Shown here: positions 1 to 13,465 of the stretch, one piece after another | Layout of the letters: the number at the start of each line of letters is the position of its first letter | How positions within the stretch are numbered: position 1 is the first letter of the stretch | Origin: the human T2T-CHM13v2.0 reference genome, Homo sapiens | Assembly (NCBI RefSeq): GCF_009914755.1 | Contig: NC_060935.1 | Direction: 5' to 3' (one strand) | DNA length: 64,000 bases | Notes under the pieces: model-generated | Database searches by the model: none | The model's input: the letters and a program-made list of their open reading frames with translations, nothing else | What the model was told of the DNA's origin: nothing | Position numbers and translations under genes: made by a program

Positions 1-736
1 TCATTGAGTGGAAGCTAGTTAATTCCAAGGAAATACTGGATTATTTTTCAGGGTAATAGCTCCACGTTATAGTAAAAGCTTGATTAGAAAGAATTAAACC
101 AAACCCACCAGAGACAAATTACCTTTGCTGACACTATGGAAATGCCTGCCAAGAACAGGATCGAAAGCAAAGCCCTCATATTACAGACAGAGGGGCAAGA
201 CAGCTCTGAAATACTCTCTTTATTTCGATTCAAGTCAGTTTCTCAACAAGCACACCTTTGTGTGGAATGTAATCCTAGGCCTTGTAGGTAAGAATTAAAA
301 GAGTGGGAGATGTATGTCTTCCGTTAAGACTATACTAGACCTAAGAGTTCTCACTTGTGCCCCAAAAGTCCCCAAGCTTTGAAGTGCCTGAATCAAGCCT
401 AGTACTTTCAGAAGACAATTATTTATACAAGACAGCAAACTCTGACATCCCAGTAGTGCTTGTCAGGGGACCAAAATGCACTCAGATAAGGATATAGTAG
501 CCTTTTAGAATGAAATATCTAGTTCAGATTTCACAGATCTCATATGCCTCTGCTTGCAGAATTCATTTCTGAAATCTGTCAGCTATATTAGAATTCTTCA
601 AGCCTAGAGAATTTTTGTGTGTGTGTGCAGAAAGTTGTTTCAGTTGGCCTGGCTTCTATAATGTTTTACTCTCTAAATAACTTCTTTATCTTTTTCATGT
701 ATAAACATTACCCAGATGACATGACCTTTACCAGCT

Positions 737-792
737 GTTGATGTGAAATAATATATTATCACTGGTTGATGTGAAATAATATATTATCACTG
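737..792. repeat. Perfect 2 x 28-bp tandem duplication
   Basis: GTTGATGTGAAATAATATATTATCACTG at 737-764 and 765-792. Confidence 0.95.
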
Positions 793-1084
793 GTATCATA
801 AGTATTTCACAGTTAAGGGTAGTGACATACACTGTCGTAGCTCCTTTGGAAGAGACCCCAATTGAACTTCTATTGGAGTACAAGAAATTGTTATTTAAAC
901 CTACCCCATTGTCTGTGGTTGGGGAAAATTCATAACAGTAAGCTAAGTGGTCATTAATAGGGCTGAGTTAAAATGGTGTATCGGATATATGGTCCAGGAA
1001 AGGAAGTATAGGAAGAAAAGTTGACCTGATGGTGGCCTTGAAGTTCATGCTGAGGCTAAACAACTCCTCTAGCACTACTGAGAT

Positions 1085-1533
<449 letters not shown>

Positions 1534-1806
1534 TTTTTTATTATTATTATTAAGAGAAAGGATCTTGCTCTGTTGTGTGGTGATACAATCATGGCTCACT
1601 ACAACCTTGAACTCCTAGGCTCAAGTGGTCCTCTCATCTCAGCCACCTGAGTAGCTGGGACTACAGGTGCGTGCCACCACGCTAACTAGTTCTTAAATTT
1701 TTTGTAGAGACAGAGTCTCAACATGTTACTCAGCCTGGTCTTGAACTCCTGGCCTCAAGGTATCCTCTCGCCTGGGGCTCCCAAAGTGCTGGGATTATAG
1801 GCATGA
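1534..1806 (-). mobile_element. AluJ-like element
   Basis: Reverse Alu consensus with (TTA)n tail. Confidence 0.9.
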
Positions 1807-1939
1807 TAGGATATGTTATGATATGTAGGATGTATAGTTAGGAGGAGATGCTGATGGAGGGATTGGAGCGAACTGTTGGACTTTTAACAGTGTCAAGGAC
1901 CTTAACAGTGTTACATGTATATGTAACAATGCAATTTGT

Positions 1940-2700
1940 GATGAGCGCCCTGAGAGAGGCTCAAAGGGCTGTAACTGATCAGGTGAAAGAGAAGTAACTT
2001 TTTGCTAGGTTCATTGTTAAGAATAACTTTCTAAAAGAGGTGACACTTGAAGTGATCCTTCAAAAATCACTAGGATCCCAACTAGTAAAACCCTGGGCCA
2101 GAATCAGAGACTCTCAGCAGTGGAAACTGAATGGTTTGTCAAGGGTGCCTGATCAGCAAGTTCAACAAGAAGAAGCCCAATTTGGAGAGCTTAGAATGCT
2201 GGCCTATTAGTGCTGGACTCCAAAGGGCTTTGAATCCCCAAATAAGGAGCTAGATTTTTTTTTCCTTCAGGCTCTGGTAAGCTATAGAATTTTCGAACAC
2301 GAGACTAGCTGGATCAAAGTATTGCTTTGAGATTAATTTGGAAGTAATGCACAGGGTGGAATGAAGAGTGAAGAGGTTGGAGAAAAGACTAGTTAGAACC
2401 TTTAACTAAGCTGCATGTGGAAAGGAAGGAACAAATTAAATTACAAGAGATTTTTTTTTCCCAAAGGGAGATGTACCTGAACTTGGTTTCCAACTGAAGA
2501 GATGTGGGGAGGCTATGAAGAAGGAGTTGACAAACATACCTTTAAGATTTTGAGTGGTAGTAGTACCTTCAGCAGTGTAATAGGTTTAGGAGGAGATGCT
2601 GATTAGGGGAGAGATTAGAGTGAACTGCTGGACCTCAGCAGTGTCGTTAATGGGGACAGGAGGTGATGTTAATCAGGGGTGAAGTTGGAGAATAATAAGA
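1940..2700 (-). mobile_element. Degenerate L2 LINE
   Basis: Purine-rich L2-like text (gaggtgacacttgaag..., ctttgaatcccc..aaggagc.., gggtggaatgaagagtgaagagg). Confidence 0.55.
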
Positions 2701-2734
2701 TATGTGATTTGGGGGTCTTTCCCTCTGTATATAC

Positions 2735-3125
<391 letters not shown>

Positions 3126-3178
3126 TAGATATGTGGAACTAGAATTTCAGAAAGAACTTTAAAAAAAAATGTTGAGCC

Positions 3179-3513
3179 CAGTCATCCCTCGGTATCCACA
3201 GGGGATTTGTCCCAGGACCTCTGGAGGATACCAATCTTCACGCATGCGCAAGTCCATTATATAAAATGGCCTAGGATTTGCATATAACCTTCGCATATCC
3301 TTCTTTATAGTTTAAATCATCTCTAGATTACTTACAATCCCTAATACAACATAAATGCTATGTAAATAGTTGTTACATGGCATTGTTTAGGGAAAAATGA
3401 CATGAAAAAACTCTGTACATGTTTAGTATAGATGCAGTTTTTTTCCAGATATCTTTGATCCAAGGTTGGTTGAATCTACAAACATGGAACCCTTGGATAT
3501 GGATGGCTAACTG
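3179..3513. mobile_element. MER2 (TcMar-Tigger) DNA transposon
   Basis: Terminal inverted repeats cagtcatccctcggtatcc / ggatatggatggctaactg plus TA; ~335 bp. Confidence 0.85.
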
Positions 3514-3749
3514 TATTTGGCAGTCATCTGTCCAGAGACAGCAGTTGACTAAAGAAAAGCAAAGGCAGACTCTTGGGAAATTCTGGCATTTAGGAGACAC
3601 AAAGAGTAACTGAAAACAGAGAGGCAACCACTGGAAAAGCCAGGAGAGAACCAGGATATACAGTGCTCAGAAGCATGGAAGGAACAAGGAACAGGCAGGC
3701 TGGAGAAGGTCTTTGAATTCAATGGTTGTTGGTACCTTACAAAAATAAT

Positions 3750-3927
3750 AGCCAGGGGTGGTGGTAGGCACCTCTAGTCTCAGCTACTTGGGAAGCTGAG
3801 GCAAGGGGATCACTTGAGCTTAGGAGTTCAAGGCAGTATCACTCTACAATTGCACCTGTGTGAATAGCCACTGCACTCCTGCCTGGGCAACATAGCAAAA
3901 TCCCTATCTGTAAAAAAATAATAATAA
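3750..3927 (+). mobile_element. Alu monomer (FRAM/AluJ right arm)
   Basis: Single right-arm sequence with A-rich tail. Confidence 0.8.
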
Positions 3928-5809
3928 TGTCATAGAGTATGAAGCCAAAGGGTTATAGAGTATGAGTCGACAGTGAGGAAGTAGAGTTAGTGAATGTAAA
4001 CTATGCTTTTGAGAAATTTAACAGAGAATAGAAGGAAACAAATATGGAAATAAATTAGCAACTGGGAACAAAACTATTTATATTAAAAATTGAGTCACTG
4101 AATTATTAAATAAGGCATTTAGATAGGGAGGGAAGAAGACATGAGTTAAGCCATCTTGGGTAGATAAAGAGATGATGTTACAACTGTAGAATACATCCTT
4201 CCTTCCTCTTCCCTCCCCCTGTCTTTGGCTGGTCTCCTGGCCTCAGACAGGCCTCCTGCCTCAGCCACCTGAGTAGCTGGGATTATAAATATGAGCCACC
4301 ATGCCCAGCTGTTTTATTTTTAATAATAATCTTTGCAGAATACACATTTTATGCAAAACAATGAAAGCAGTTAGCCACTTTACAAGTGTGTGTGACCTTG
4401 TGTTGGGTTTTGTGGTTCAGTAGCTCATTTATTCCTATATTTGGGGGTCTGGGATCAGAAATCTCAGTTGTGTAGGAGAGTAGCTTCCATTACTACCCAG
4501 CTTCCATTTCCAGGATCCGCTGTTAGTTCTTTAAGAGTCAGAAGCATGTGTCGCTGTTCATTTTGACAAGTGTCTTCACCAAGGTTAGGGCAATATGACA
4601 GGCAGACAGTATTGACTTAAAAAAAAGAACATAGTATTTTGAATTAGGCTAATCTTTATTCAAATGATGAGTTTGCCACACTTATTAGCTGTCTGACCTA
4701 AGGAAATTGACTTTACCTTATCCGAACTTCAATCTGTTCATCTCCTAACATAGGGATATTAATATCTGTCAAATTACAATGTCCATTCATAGGTTCAACA
4801 AATATTTATTGAGCATCTTTATACCCAAGCTGTTATGTGTAGTGATAAATGAAGTAGTGATACATGAAAGCCTGTAGCACAGGGCCTGGGAATGTTAGTT
4901 TCCTTCCCGGTTTCCCCAGTGTTAGTCCTAAAGACTCCTGGTTACTTTAAGTAATGGTATGTGTTTGAAAGGAAAATAGAAAACCATTAGTTCTTTCTTC
5001 CCCAGACACCTTCATCACTTCAGAGAGAGTCACTGGCAGTTCTTGGTGTGTTTATACTTGATTGGAAAACCAACACAGGAGAATGGTTACTGACATGGTA
5101 GCTGGACCCCTGACAACAGCTCATGTGGGCCACCGGCAACCAGCCAAAGTCCTGTCTCCCCTAACCTGCTCTCCAACCCAGACCCCCTGTGTGAAAAAGT
5201 AGGAAGCACTGTTATTACCTGGCAGGAGAGTTAAGGACCTTGACCATTCAGTGGAGGCCTGCCGCTTCTCCAGTGTGGGCCTGTATGAAGGAGAAAGAAG
5301 TACTCACTAGACTTGGGTTAGCCAGGGGCAGCTGTCAACAAATCAAGCTGGCCTGAGCCCCAGTGGCTTCTTGCCTATGACCCATTCCTGTTGGCGGATC
5401 TAGTTACAGAGGAGACATTGTCCTCAATACTCTCTACAGGGCCTTGGAACCGCTATCCTCTGCCAAGAACCAGGATTCTTCTTTAATACGTACTTGCTAG
5501 TACCTATGCTGGGAACAGCTGGGCTTTGCCGGCCAGAGTCTGTATGCATAACTAGAAATGAGAAGAATCTGGACATATTTACAGGCGGAACAACAGTCAA
5601 AAGTAAAACCTTGGAGAGATTTGATTTTATCTGCCATGCTTTGACCCCATAATTTGAAGAGAGGGAAGCTGTTGTCCCACGCTTGGTCCACCTCACTTTG
5701 TTAAAGTTCATCCATCTTTTCCCAGTCTCCCTTCAATTTGGAACTAGGAACACCACCTCCTGAGTCTCAAAAGACTTCCAGCAGGAGGGACACTCAGTCA
5801 CTGGCATGT

Positions 5810-6365
5810 AATGGTAGAGTGTGATCCAAAGAGCAGGCTCTATTGCCAGCTCAAACCTGAGTTTAAAACCCAGTTCCACCACATTCTACCCCTGGGTCCT
5901 TGGGCAAGTTACTTAACCTCTCTGAACCTTAATTTCTTAACCCATAACATGAGGCTACTATACACCCAATAGTTGGGCAAGGGGGGTGATGAGTATGGGG
6001 GAGGATTACTTTAAGCAATCCATGAGATATGTATGTAAATTATCTGTCACATAATAGGTGCTCAGCAGTTGTTAATTTCCAGTCCCCTTCATTGGACCCT
6101 AGAATTGTGTTAATAAGTACATTTGTATCATCTAATTAAGACTTTTGCCTCAGAAGCCAGAATGCCTGCTTTGGCTCTAGCTTTTTCTAGTTATTTGACC
6201 TTTGAACATGTTATTTATCCTCTCTGTATCTCAGTCTTCCCATTATAAAATGGGAATGATAGTCCTACCCCATAGGGTTGTTGTGAGGATTAAATGCATT
6301 ATTAATGCATAGAAAGCAATTTTAACACAGCTTGGAACATACAGTAAATGGTAGTTGTTGCTTTG
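5810..6365 (+). mobile_element. Two adjacent MIR elements
   Basis: MIR cores ttgggcaagttacttaacctctctgaacct (~5900) and ctctgtatctcagt..tataaaatgggaatgatag...gttgtgaggattaaatg (~6220-6300). Confidence 0.75.
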
Positions 6366-7489
6366 TGGTGTTGGTGGACATGATGATGTTATGAGTTAAA
6401 AGCTCAAAATGAAATAATAACAAATTTTTTTAGAAACATAATGACCAAGAGAGAAGTTTGTTCTTTTTGTAGTGCTCTCAGATGTCCTGGGCCCGACTGA
6501 GGCAAGAGTGTTGACCTTTCTGAAATCCATCCTTGAGGTCCCCTTGACTTCAAAAGCAGCTTTTCCAGGCGTTTTCCCTCTGGCCTAATGCTGAAGCGTC
6601 CTCATTACCCAGCTGTCACACTCAGTTGGCCTGATTGACCAGAGCCATTCCCGAACACATGCCTGACCTGCTCACCTCTGAGAAGGCTGGCTTTGGGGGT
6701 GAGGTGGAGATAGGGAGACAGCCTCTCCCCTCCTCTGGCGGTGCTGTGCTGCACTGGCACTGAAGTAGTTGTTGCTAAAAGTTCTGACATGGGAGTGACA
6801 AAAATGATGAAAATTATGAAGGCTGTCCTATGTGAACTTCAGCTTTCACAGAAGATTGTGCAGATTGACATAATTCCCAGAAATTGCCACTTACAGGCCC
6901 TCCGTCAATGTTGGTTGAATGAATGAAGTGTTTATTGTTTGAAATTTGGCCCTGTCACCTTTTTTTTTTTTTTTTTTTTTTTTTGCCTTTCATCATTTTG
7001 TGAGCAAGATCTCTCCTCTGCCTTTTAAACTTCAGTAAACTGAAGCTCAGATCCAAGTAGTTTTTTTTCTTTCCATCCTTTGCCTTCTCTTAGCTGGCAG
7101 AGATGGGGTTAAGAATTGTTGGCAGCTAATCCACCTTGGTTTGAGGCCCTCTCACACTGAGCTGGAGGAATGACTGGAATTTGAGGGGGAGGGGAAAAGA
7201 TACTCTGACCTTTGCAGGCCCGTGGCCTCCAAGCAGCATCTCCTGTTCACGTTCTCCCACTGAACTAATAGTCCAAGTACCCCCAGTTCACCGCTTTTTT
7301 CCACACCTGTCAACCTTTTTAAGAACCTGGGAGCAGACTGTGGCTACTTGAGCTTTTTTTGTTGATGTTGAACATTATGTATTTTGCTGTTATCTCTCAA
7401 CCTCTTGAACATACTATCTTTTCTCCCTGCCCCCATCCTTCTCATTCTGCTCAAACCCCTCCTCCCCACCTCCTCTCCAAATCCCACAG

Positions 7490-7628
7490 GTCAGAGTGCA
7501 TCAACAAGTTTGCTTCAGTCTTCGGGACCATGCCTCTCAAGGTGGTGGAACACCGAGCTGACCCTGTCCTGTACAAAGATGACTTTCCTGAGAAGCTGAA
7601 GAGCTTCCCCAACATTGGCAGCTTATGA
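7490..7628 (+). CDS. EXT2: Exostosin-2, coding part of terminal exon (C-terminal 45 aa plus stop)
   Basis: Pyrimidine tract and CAG acceptor (AG 7488-7489), then phase-2 G and [48 protein letters not shown], the known EXT2 C-terminus. Upstream exons are left of the window. Confidence 0.98.
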
Positions 7629-8770
7629 AACGTGTCATTGGTGGAGGTCTGAATGTGAGGCTGGGACAGAGGGAGAGAACAAGGCCTCCCAGCACTCTGA
7701 TGTCAGAGTAGTAGGTTAAGGGTGGAAGGTTGACCTACTTGGATCTTGGCATGCACCCACCTAACCCACTTTCTCAAGAACAAGAACCTAGAATGAATAT
7801 CCAAGCACCTCGAGCTATGCAACCTCTGTTCTTGTATTTCTTATGATCTCTGATGGGTTCTTCTCGAAAATGCCAAGTGGAAGACTTTGTGGCATGCTCC
7901 AGATTTAAATCCAGCTGAGGCTCCCTTTGTTTTCAGTTCCATGTAACAATCTGGAAGGAAACTTCACGGACAGGAAGACTGCTGGAGAAGAGAAGCGTGT
8001 TAGCCCATTTGAGGTCTGGGGAATCATGTAAAGGGTACCCAGACCTCACTTTTAGTTATTTACATCAATGAGTTCTTTCAGGGAACCAAACCCAGAATTC
8101 GGTGCAAAAGCCAAACATCTTGGTGGGATTTGATAAATGCCTTGGGACCTGGAGTGCTGGGCTTGTGCACAGGAAGAGCACCAGCCGCTGAGTCAGGATC
8201 CTGTCAGTTCCATGAGCTATTCCTCTTTGGTTTGGCTTTTTGATATGATTAAAATTATTTTTTATTCCTTTTTCTACTGTGTCTTAAACACCAATTCCTG
8301 ATAGTCCAAGGAACCACCTTTCTCCCTTGATATATTTAACTCCGTCTTTGGCCTGACAACAGTCTTCTGCCCATGTCTGGGAACACACGCCAGGAGGAAT
8401 GTCTGATACCCTCTGCATCAAGCGTAAGAAGGTCCCAAATCATAACCATTTTAAGAACAGATGACTCAGAAACCTCCAGAGGAATCTGTTTGCTTCCTGA
8501 TTAGATCCAGTCAATGTTTTAAAGGTATTGTCAGAGAAAAACAGAGGGTCTGTACTAGCCATGCAAGGAGTCGCTCTAGCTGGTACCCGTAAAAGTTGTG
8601 GGAATTGTGACCCCCATCCCAAGGGGATGCCAAAATTTCTCTCATTCTTTTGGTATAAACTTAACATTAGCCAGGGAGGTTCTGGCTAACGTTAAATGCT
8701 GCTATACAACTGCTTTGCAACAGTTGCTGGTATATTTAAATCATTAAATTTCAGCATTTACTAATACTGC
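7629..8770 (+). other. EXT2: EXT2 3'UTR, proximal form
   Basis: Repeat-free sequence after the stop; ATTAAA at 8248-8253 and 8743-8748. End is approximate. Confidence 0.75.
8743..8748 (+). terminator. Candidate proximal EXT2 poly(A) signal ATTAAA
   Basis: ATTAAA in AT-rich context with a TGTGTG element about 25 nt downstream. Confidence 0.55.
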
Positions 8771-9229
8771 ACATGTGTGAATTATACCTCTTTAAGCCCA
8801 GTTGATGAACAAATCTACCCTGGCAAATGTTAAATGTTATGGATTCGAAACAGATTTATCTGGCTCTGATATTAAGATTAGCCACAGTTTGGGCTTTAGC
8901 CACAACATATGTCCCCAAAACACAAAATACATAACAATTTGCTTAGAATATGGATATAATTACAGAAACCTAGTTGTTTTGCCAGTCAGCGTCAGTCATA
9001 CACCATCCATTGTTCTGTTGAGTGACATGAAGGTGGGCAGTTATTATGCTGTAGTTTCATCAAGAGTCACTTCAGATGTGTTCCCCAGACTTTGAGAGGT
9101 CAAAGAAAGTTTCAGAAGTAGCAAAGGTGGAAGTGGAAATCATAAGAGTTTTGTCTTCTTTCATTTGAATAAGTGATCGAATCATGGACTATTATTGCCA
9201 AAGGGGGCAAGCGATCATCTCATCCAGTT

Positions 9230-9294
9230 TGTTCATTTTGCAAATGCAGAAACTGAAGCTGCAGATGTTCATTTTGCAAATGCAGAAACTGAAG
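9230..9294. repeat. Direct repeat of 29 bp, period 36, in a MIR-like remnant
   Basis: TGTTCATTTTGCAAATGCAGAAACTGAAG at 9230-9258 and 9266-9294. Confidence 0.9.
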
Positions 9295-10584
9295 TGATTT
9301 TTTTCAGTTTCTGACAGCAGCAAACACAGGTGCTTACCAAATACTTTTGATTTGGGTAATGTGTACTGGTCAGTAGGAGACATGGGAAAGCATTTTGGTC
9401 TCATGTATTCATAATATTGGGGACGATATGGTAGAAAGCCAGGAAAAGTATTTCTGTTGTCACCCAGGTACCAGAGGCTGACAAGCACAGTGAGGACCTC
9501 TAATCTTTCTAGGGGTTTTCTAGTTTGTTTTCCAAGATGTGGGGCAGGTATAGGGGAGGGTCTTACATTGAAATCTCTGCTGAAAGCTATGGACTGTGCT
9601 GGCATTGTGTATGTGTCATATTGCCCTGGTTTCTTCAAATTTCTGCCCTTTTGCTCATCATCGAATGCACTACCTTAGTGGCTGGTTTCTAATGCAGCTT
9701 CTCTCCCAAAGGGTACATTTTTAAATTTTTATTTTTTAAAATCTTGAGAGTCCTTTGATTTGGGAAGAGGAACTCTTTCATCTGAGTTCATTGTGAGCCC
9801 TAGAGAGCTGTGTGACTTTATCATCGTCATAGGAGTCATTGGACTTTAAAGGCATTACAACTCCATTTAAAGTACCTCATTACTCCCAGGAATATTGGGT
9901 GTTAGATCTTGCAACACAGCATAAAACAATTTATGTTAAAGAAGGAGCATTATATCCTAGGCACTTGAAACAACCTCAAAGGTGATGTTACCCTATGAAC
10001 AGATAGGTGGTACAGTCACCGTAGAAATTCAAGACAGGGATATAGCAGGTGATGGCGATTCATGGATTCAGAGTGGGCTAGGGACTCCACTTTATTGTTC
10101 GTGTATTTCTGAGCTGCTAACCAGCAAACCTCACCCATAAGCTTAGGTCAGGATCATCTGTCCTCGGGATGCCATAGAGCCTGGTTTCAGAAGCAGAACA
10201 ATCATGCTAATTAAAATGTCGTGTTCTGGCCTACAGCAGACAACAGCTGGTTTTAGATTAAGAAATCTTTTTAAAGAAACACATCTTACTGGCCTATAGA
10301 GAAGACGAACTTGAACTGGCCCTGGCCCAAGTGCACACTGAGCCACTGGCTTTGCCCCCAGGGGCCTAACTGGGATGGGCCTGCTTGGAATGCCAGGGCT
10401 GGAAATACTTTTTTATTTTGCTGATTAACATTACATAGTTGTTAAAATGTTTATCTCATGTATTTTACCAACCCTCACACATTTAGGTATAAACCTCCTT
10501 TTCTGGGAGAATTAAAGAGAAAAACAGCAACTTTAGTTGTCAGAATCTTGTGTTCTTTCCTGCCAGTGATGCTCTGCTGTATCC

Positions 10585-10891
10585 TTTTTTTTTTTTTTTT
10601 TTTTTGAGACAGAGTCTTGCTCTTGTCACCCAGGCTGGAGTGCAATAGCATGGTCTCGGCTCACTACATCCTCCGCCTCCCAGGTTCAAGTGATTCTCCT
10701 GCCTCAGCCTCCTGAGTAGCTGGGATTACAGGCGCTTGCCACCACGCCTGGCTAATTTGTTTGTAATTTTAGTAGAGGCAGGGGTTTCACCACGTTAGCC
10801 AGGCTGGTCTCGAACTCCTGACCTCAGGTGATCTGCACGCCTTGACCTCCCAAAGTGCTGGGATTACGGGCGTGAGTCCCCACGCTCAGCC
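10585..10891 (-). mobile_element. AluS
   Basis: Reverse Alu; TSD CTGTATCCTTT. Confidence 0.95.
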
Positions 10892-12304
10892 ACTGTATCC
10901 TTTACTCAGTGTCATCAAGTTCAAAGCTCTGACCACCCTGGTTTCTCTGCCAAAGCCTCATCTACTTCCAGCTGGGCTTTGAACTTGTGGTTTTTAAGTG
11001 CTGGTTTCTCTGCTGCCTTTGGAAAATAGTGACCATCATGCTGGTCTGTGCTGACGCAGACTGGGAGCTGGAAGAGACAAGCTCCCTCTTTGCTCTCATT
11101 GGCCAAAGATGTTGCTAATAACCCTGTGATCCTAGCTTCCTTCTAGGATGATAGCCTCTGACAGGCACCATGCCAGGAGGAAACTAGAGCATCTTTATCA
11201 CTGAAAGATAGCACGTTTCTAGCCACAGGTTCTGAAGTTGATTTGAGGTTAAAATCCAAGAACCTTTGATAGTTTTCAGCCAAGATAGTAATCAGAAAGT
11301 AGATGAAGCAGAGACTGGGTTTGGGAAGTGGTTGGGTTCTGGGAAGGCTCTTCCTAGCTCTGCAGTTAGATCCTGTGAGGACCCAGCTGATAGAGTAAAG
11401 GCTTTGGGTGTTGGAGACTTCCCATCAGCCACCCATCATGAGCCTGGTGTGTTTCCTTTGCTTTGTAGCTCCTTTGGGGGTATGCTGCTTTTTCCATTTC
11501 TCTTGGCTCGGGTACTCTTCCATTGCAGCAAGAGAAGCCACAGTGGGCTGTTCCCCAAGCAGCCCTGGCACAGAGAGGCAGAGTAGAGAATGCTAAACTG
11601 GCCCCATGTCTCCTCCAGCCACTTCCTGAGGAGCAGTTCTGGCAGGAGTGTTAACCATATTGGCAGCAGCTTCCATCCAGAGAGACTTTGAAAGCAACTT
11701 GAGCTTTCCACTGCAGGGCCTGGAGGCATATGAAACCTGTGGGGCCTGCCCCTACTCACCTCACCCCTGAGCTCTGTCCAAGCCCTGGACCTCCTGTCCT
11801 CGGCCTGTGTTTGGTACTCACCCACTTTCTACTTCTGAGTAGAATCAAGGGCAGCATTTGGTCCCATTATACCAGCCATGCATCATCTGTGAACAGGCCT
11901 TATTGAGCTTATCTTGGCAGAGGAAAGTCAGGCAGGCAAGACCCACTCTAAATTTTAATGTTTCCCCCTCATTTTAGGGTGGGAGCTGTGAGTTCATCTG
12001 AAGACTGGGTGAGGGCATTGTAAGCTCAAGCCACAGCCTCTTTTCCACCTCCATTAAATGGACTGTTAGGGATGCCCAGCTTCCCCAATTTCCTGGGAGG
12101 GTGTGTGGGTCTGTACAGGCAACCTTGTGTCATTCTTTCAATTTCCGGCTCACCATTGCTGGCAACAGTGGGAAGATGACCAGAGAAAGTTTGGCCCCCT
12201 CTCCCAAGCTTCCAGGCCTCTTTCCTTTTCAAGAAATAGTTGAGTCACCAGCATCTGTATCTGGCATTTTGTTTCTTCACATTTGCAACCATTTCAGGGT
12301 AGAG

Positions 12305-12637
12305 TTTTTTTGTTTGTTTGTTTGTTTGTTTTTGTTTTTTTTGTTTTTTCTTTGGAAACAGAGTCTCACTCTGTCCCATAGGCTGGAGTGTAGTGCTGTG
12401 ATCATGGCTCGCTGCAGCCTCAAACTCCTGGACTCAAGCAGTCTTCCCATCTCAGCCTTCCAAGTAGCTGAGACTAAAAGCGTGCACCACCACACCTGGC
12501 TGATCTTTTAATTTTTTTGGAGAGACAGGGCCTCACTATGTTGCCTAGGCTGGTCTCTAACTCCTGGGATCAAGTGATCCTCCTGCCTCAGCGTCCCAAA
12601 GTGTTGGGATTACAGGTGTGAACCACCATGCCTGGCC
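12305..12637 (-). mobile_element. AluJ with (TTTG)n tail
   Basis: Reverse Alu consensus. Confidence 0.92.
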
Positions 12638-13128
12638 CAGGATAGCACTTTTTCCTTTCTTCTGCTCTCAGTTGGTTGGACCACTGGTTGCATCTCTTCC
12701 CACTCTCCCTGAAAGGCACAGAACTATCAGACAGAAGACAAGGTAGTTCTCAAGAAGTACCAGGCAGCTGTGTCTGCTAGAGGCTTCCTCAGCAAAGCCC
12801 CATCTTGTGGACAACCTCTCAGGAATTGCAGGTGGTGTGGGAGTGGCTGACAGAGGAGGGATCCATATGTCTTAGACCAAAGCCACCAGTCAGGCCTTGC
12901 CACCATATAGAACCTTCCCTTTAGAATATATTTATTTGGAATTTTACTTATAGCTGCAAATATATCATTGGCTACTATACCCAAGCATCAACTCAAGGAA
13001 CATTTGGTTTTCTGGTGAGCACAGCTGAAGACCAACCAACTAGTTACTGATCCAGATGAGGGAAGAGAACATTTATTCAGTCATTCTGTTATGCTAACTA
13101 TTCATTTTCTCATGAAAATGTAGTCTTT

Positions 13129-13465
<337 letters not shown>

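Noticed and set aside
7359-7489. N-terminal part of the EXT2-containing ORF, and the flanks of ALX4 ORF 38484..39017
   Set aside because: Intronic read-through outside the canonical splice sites.
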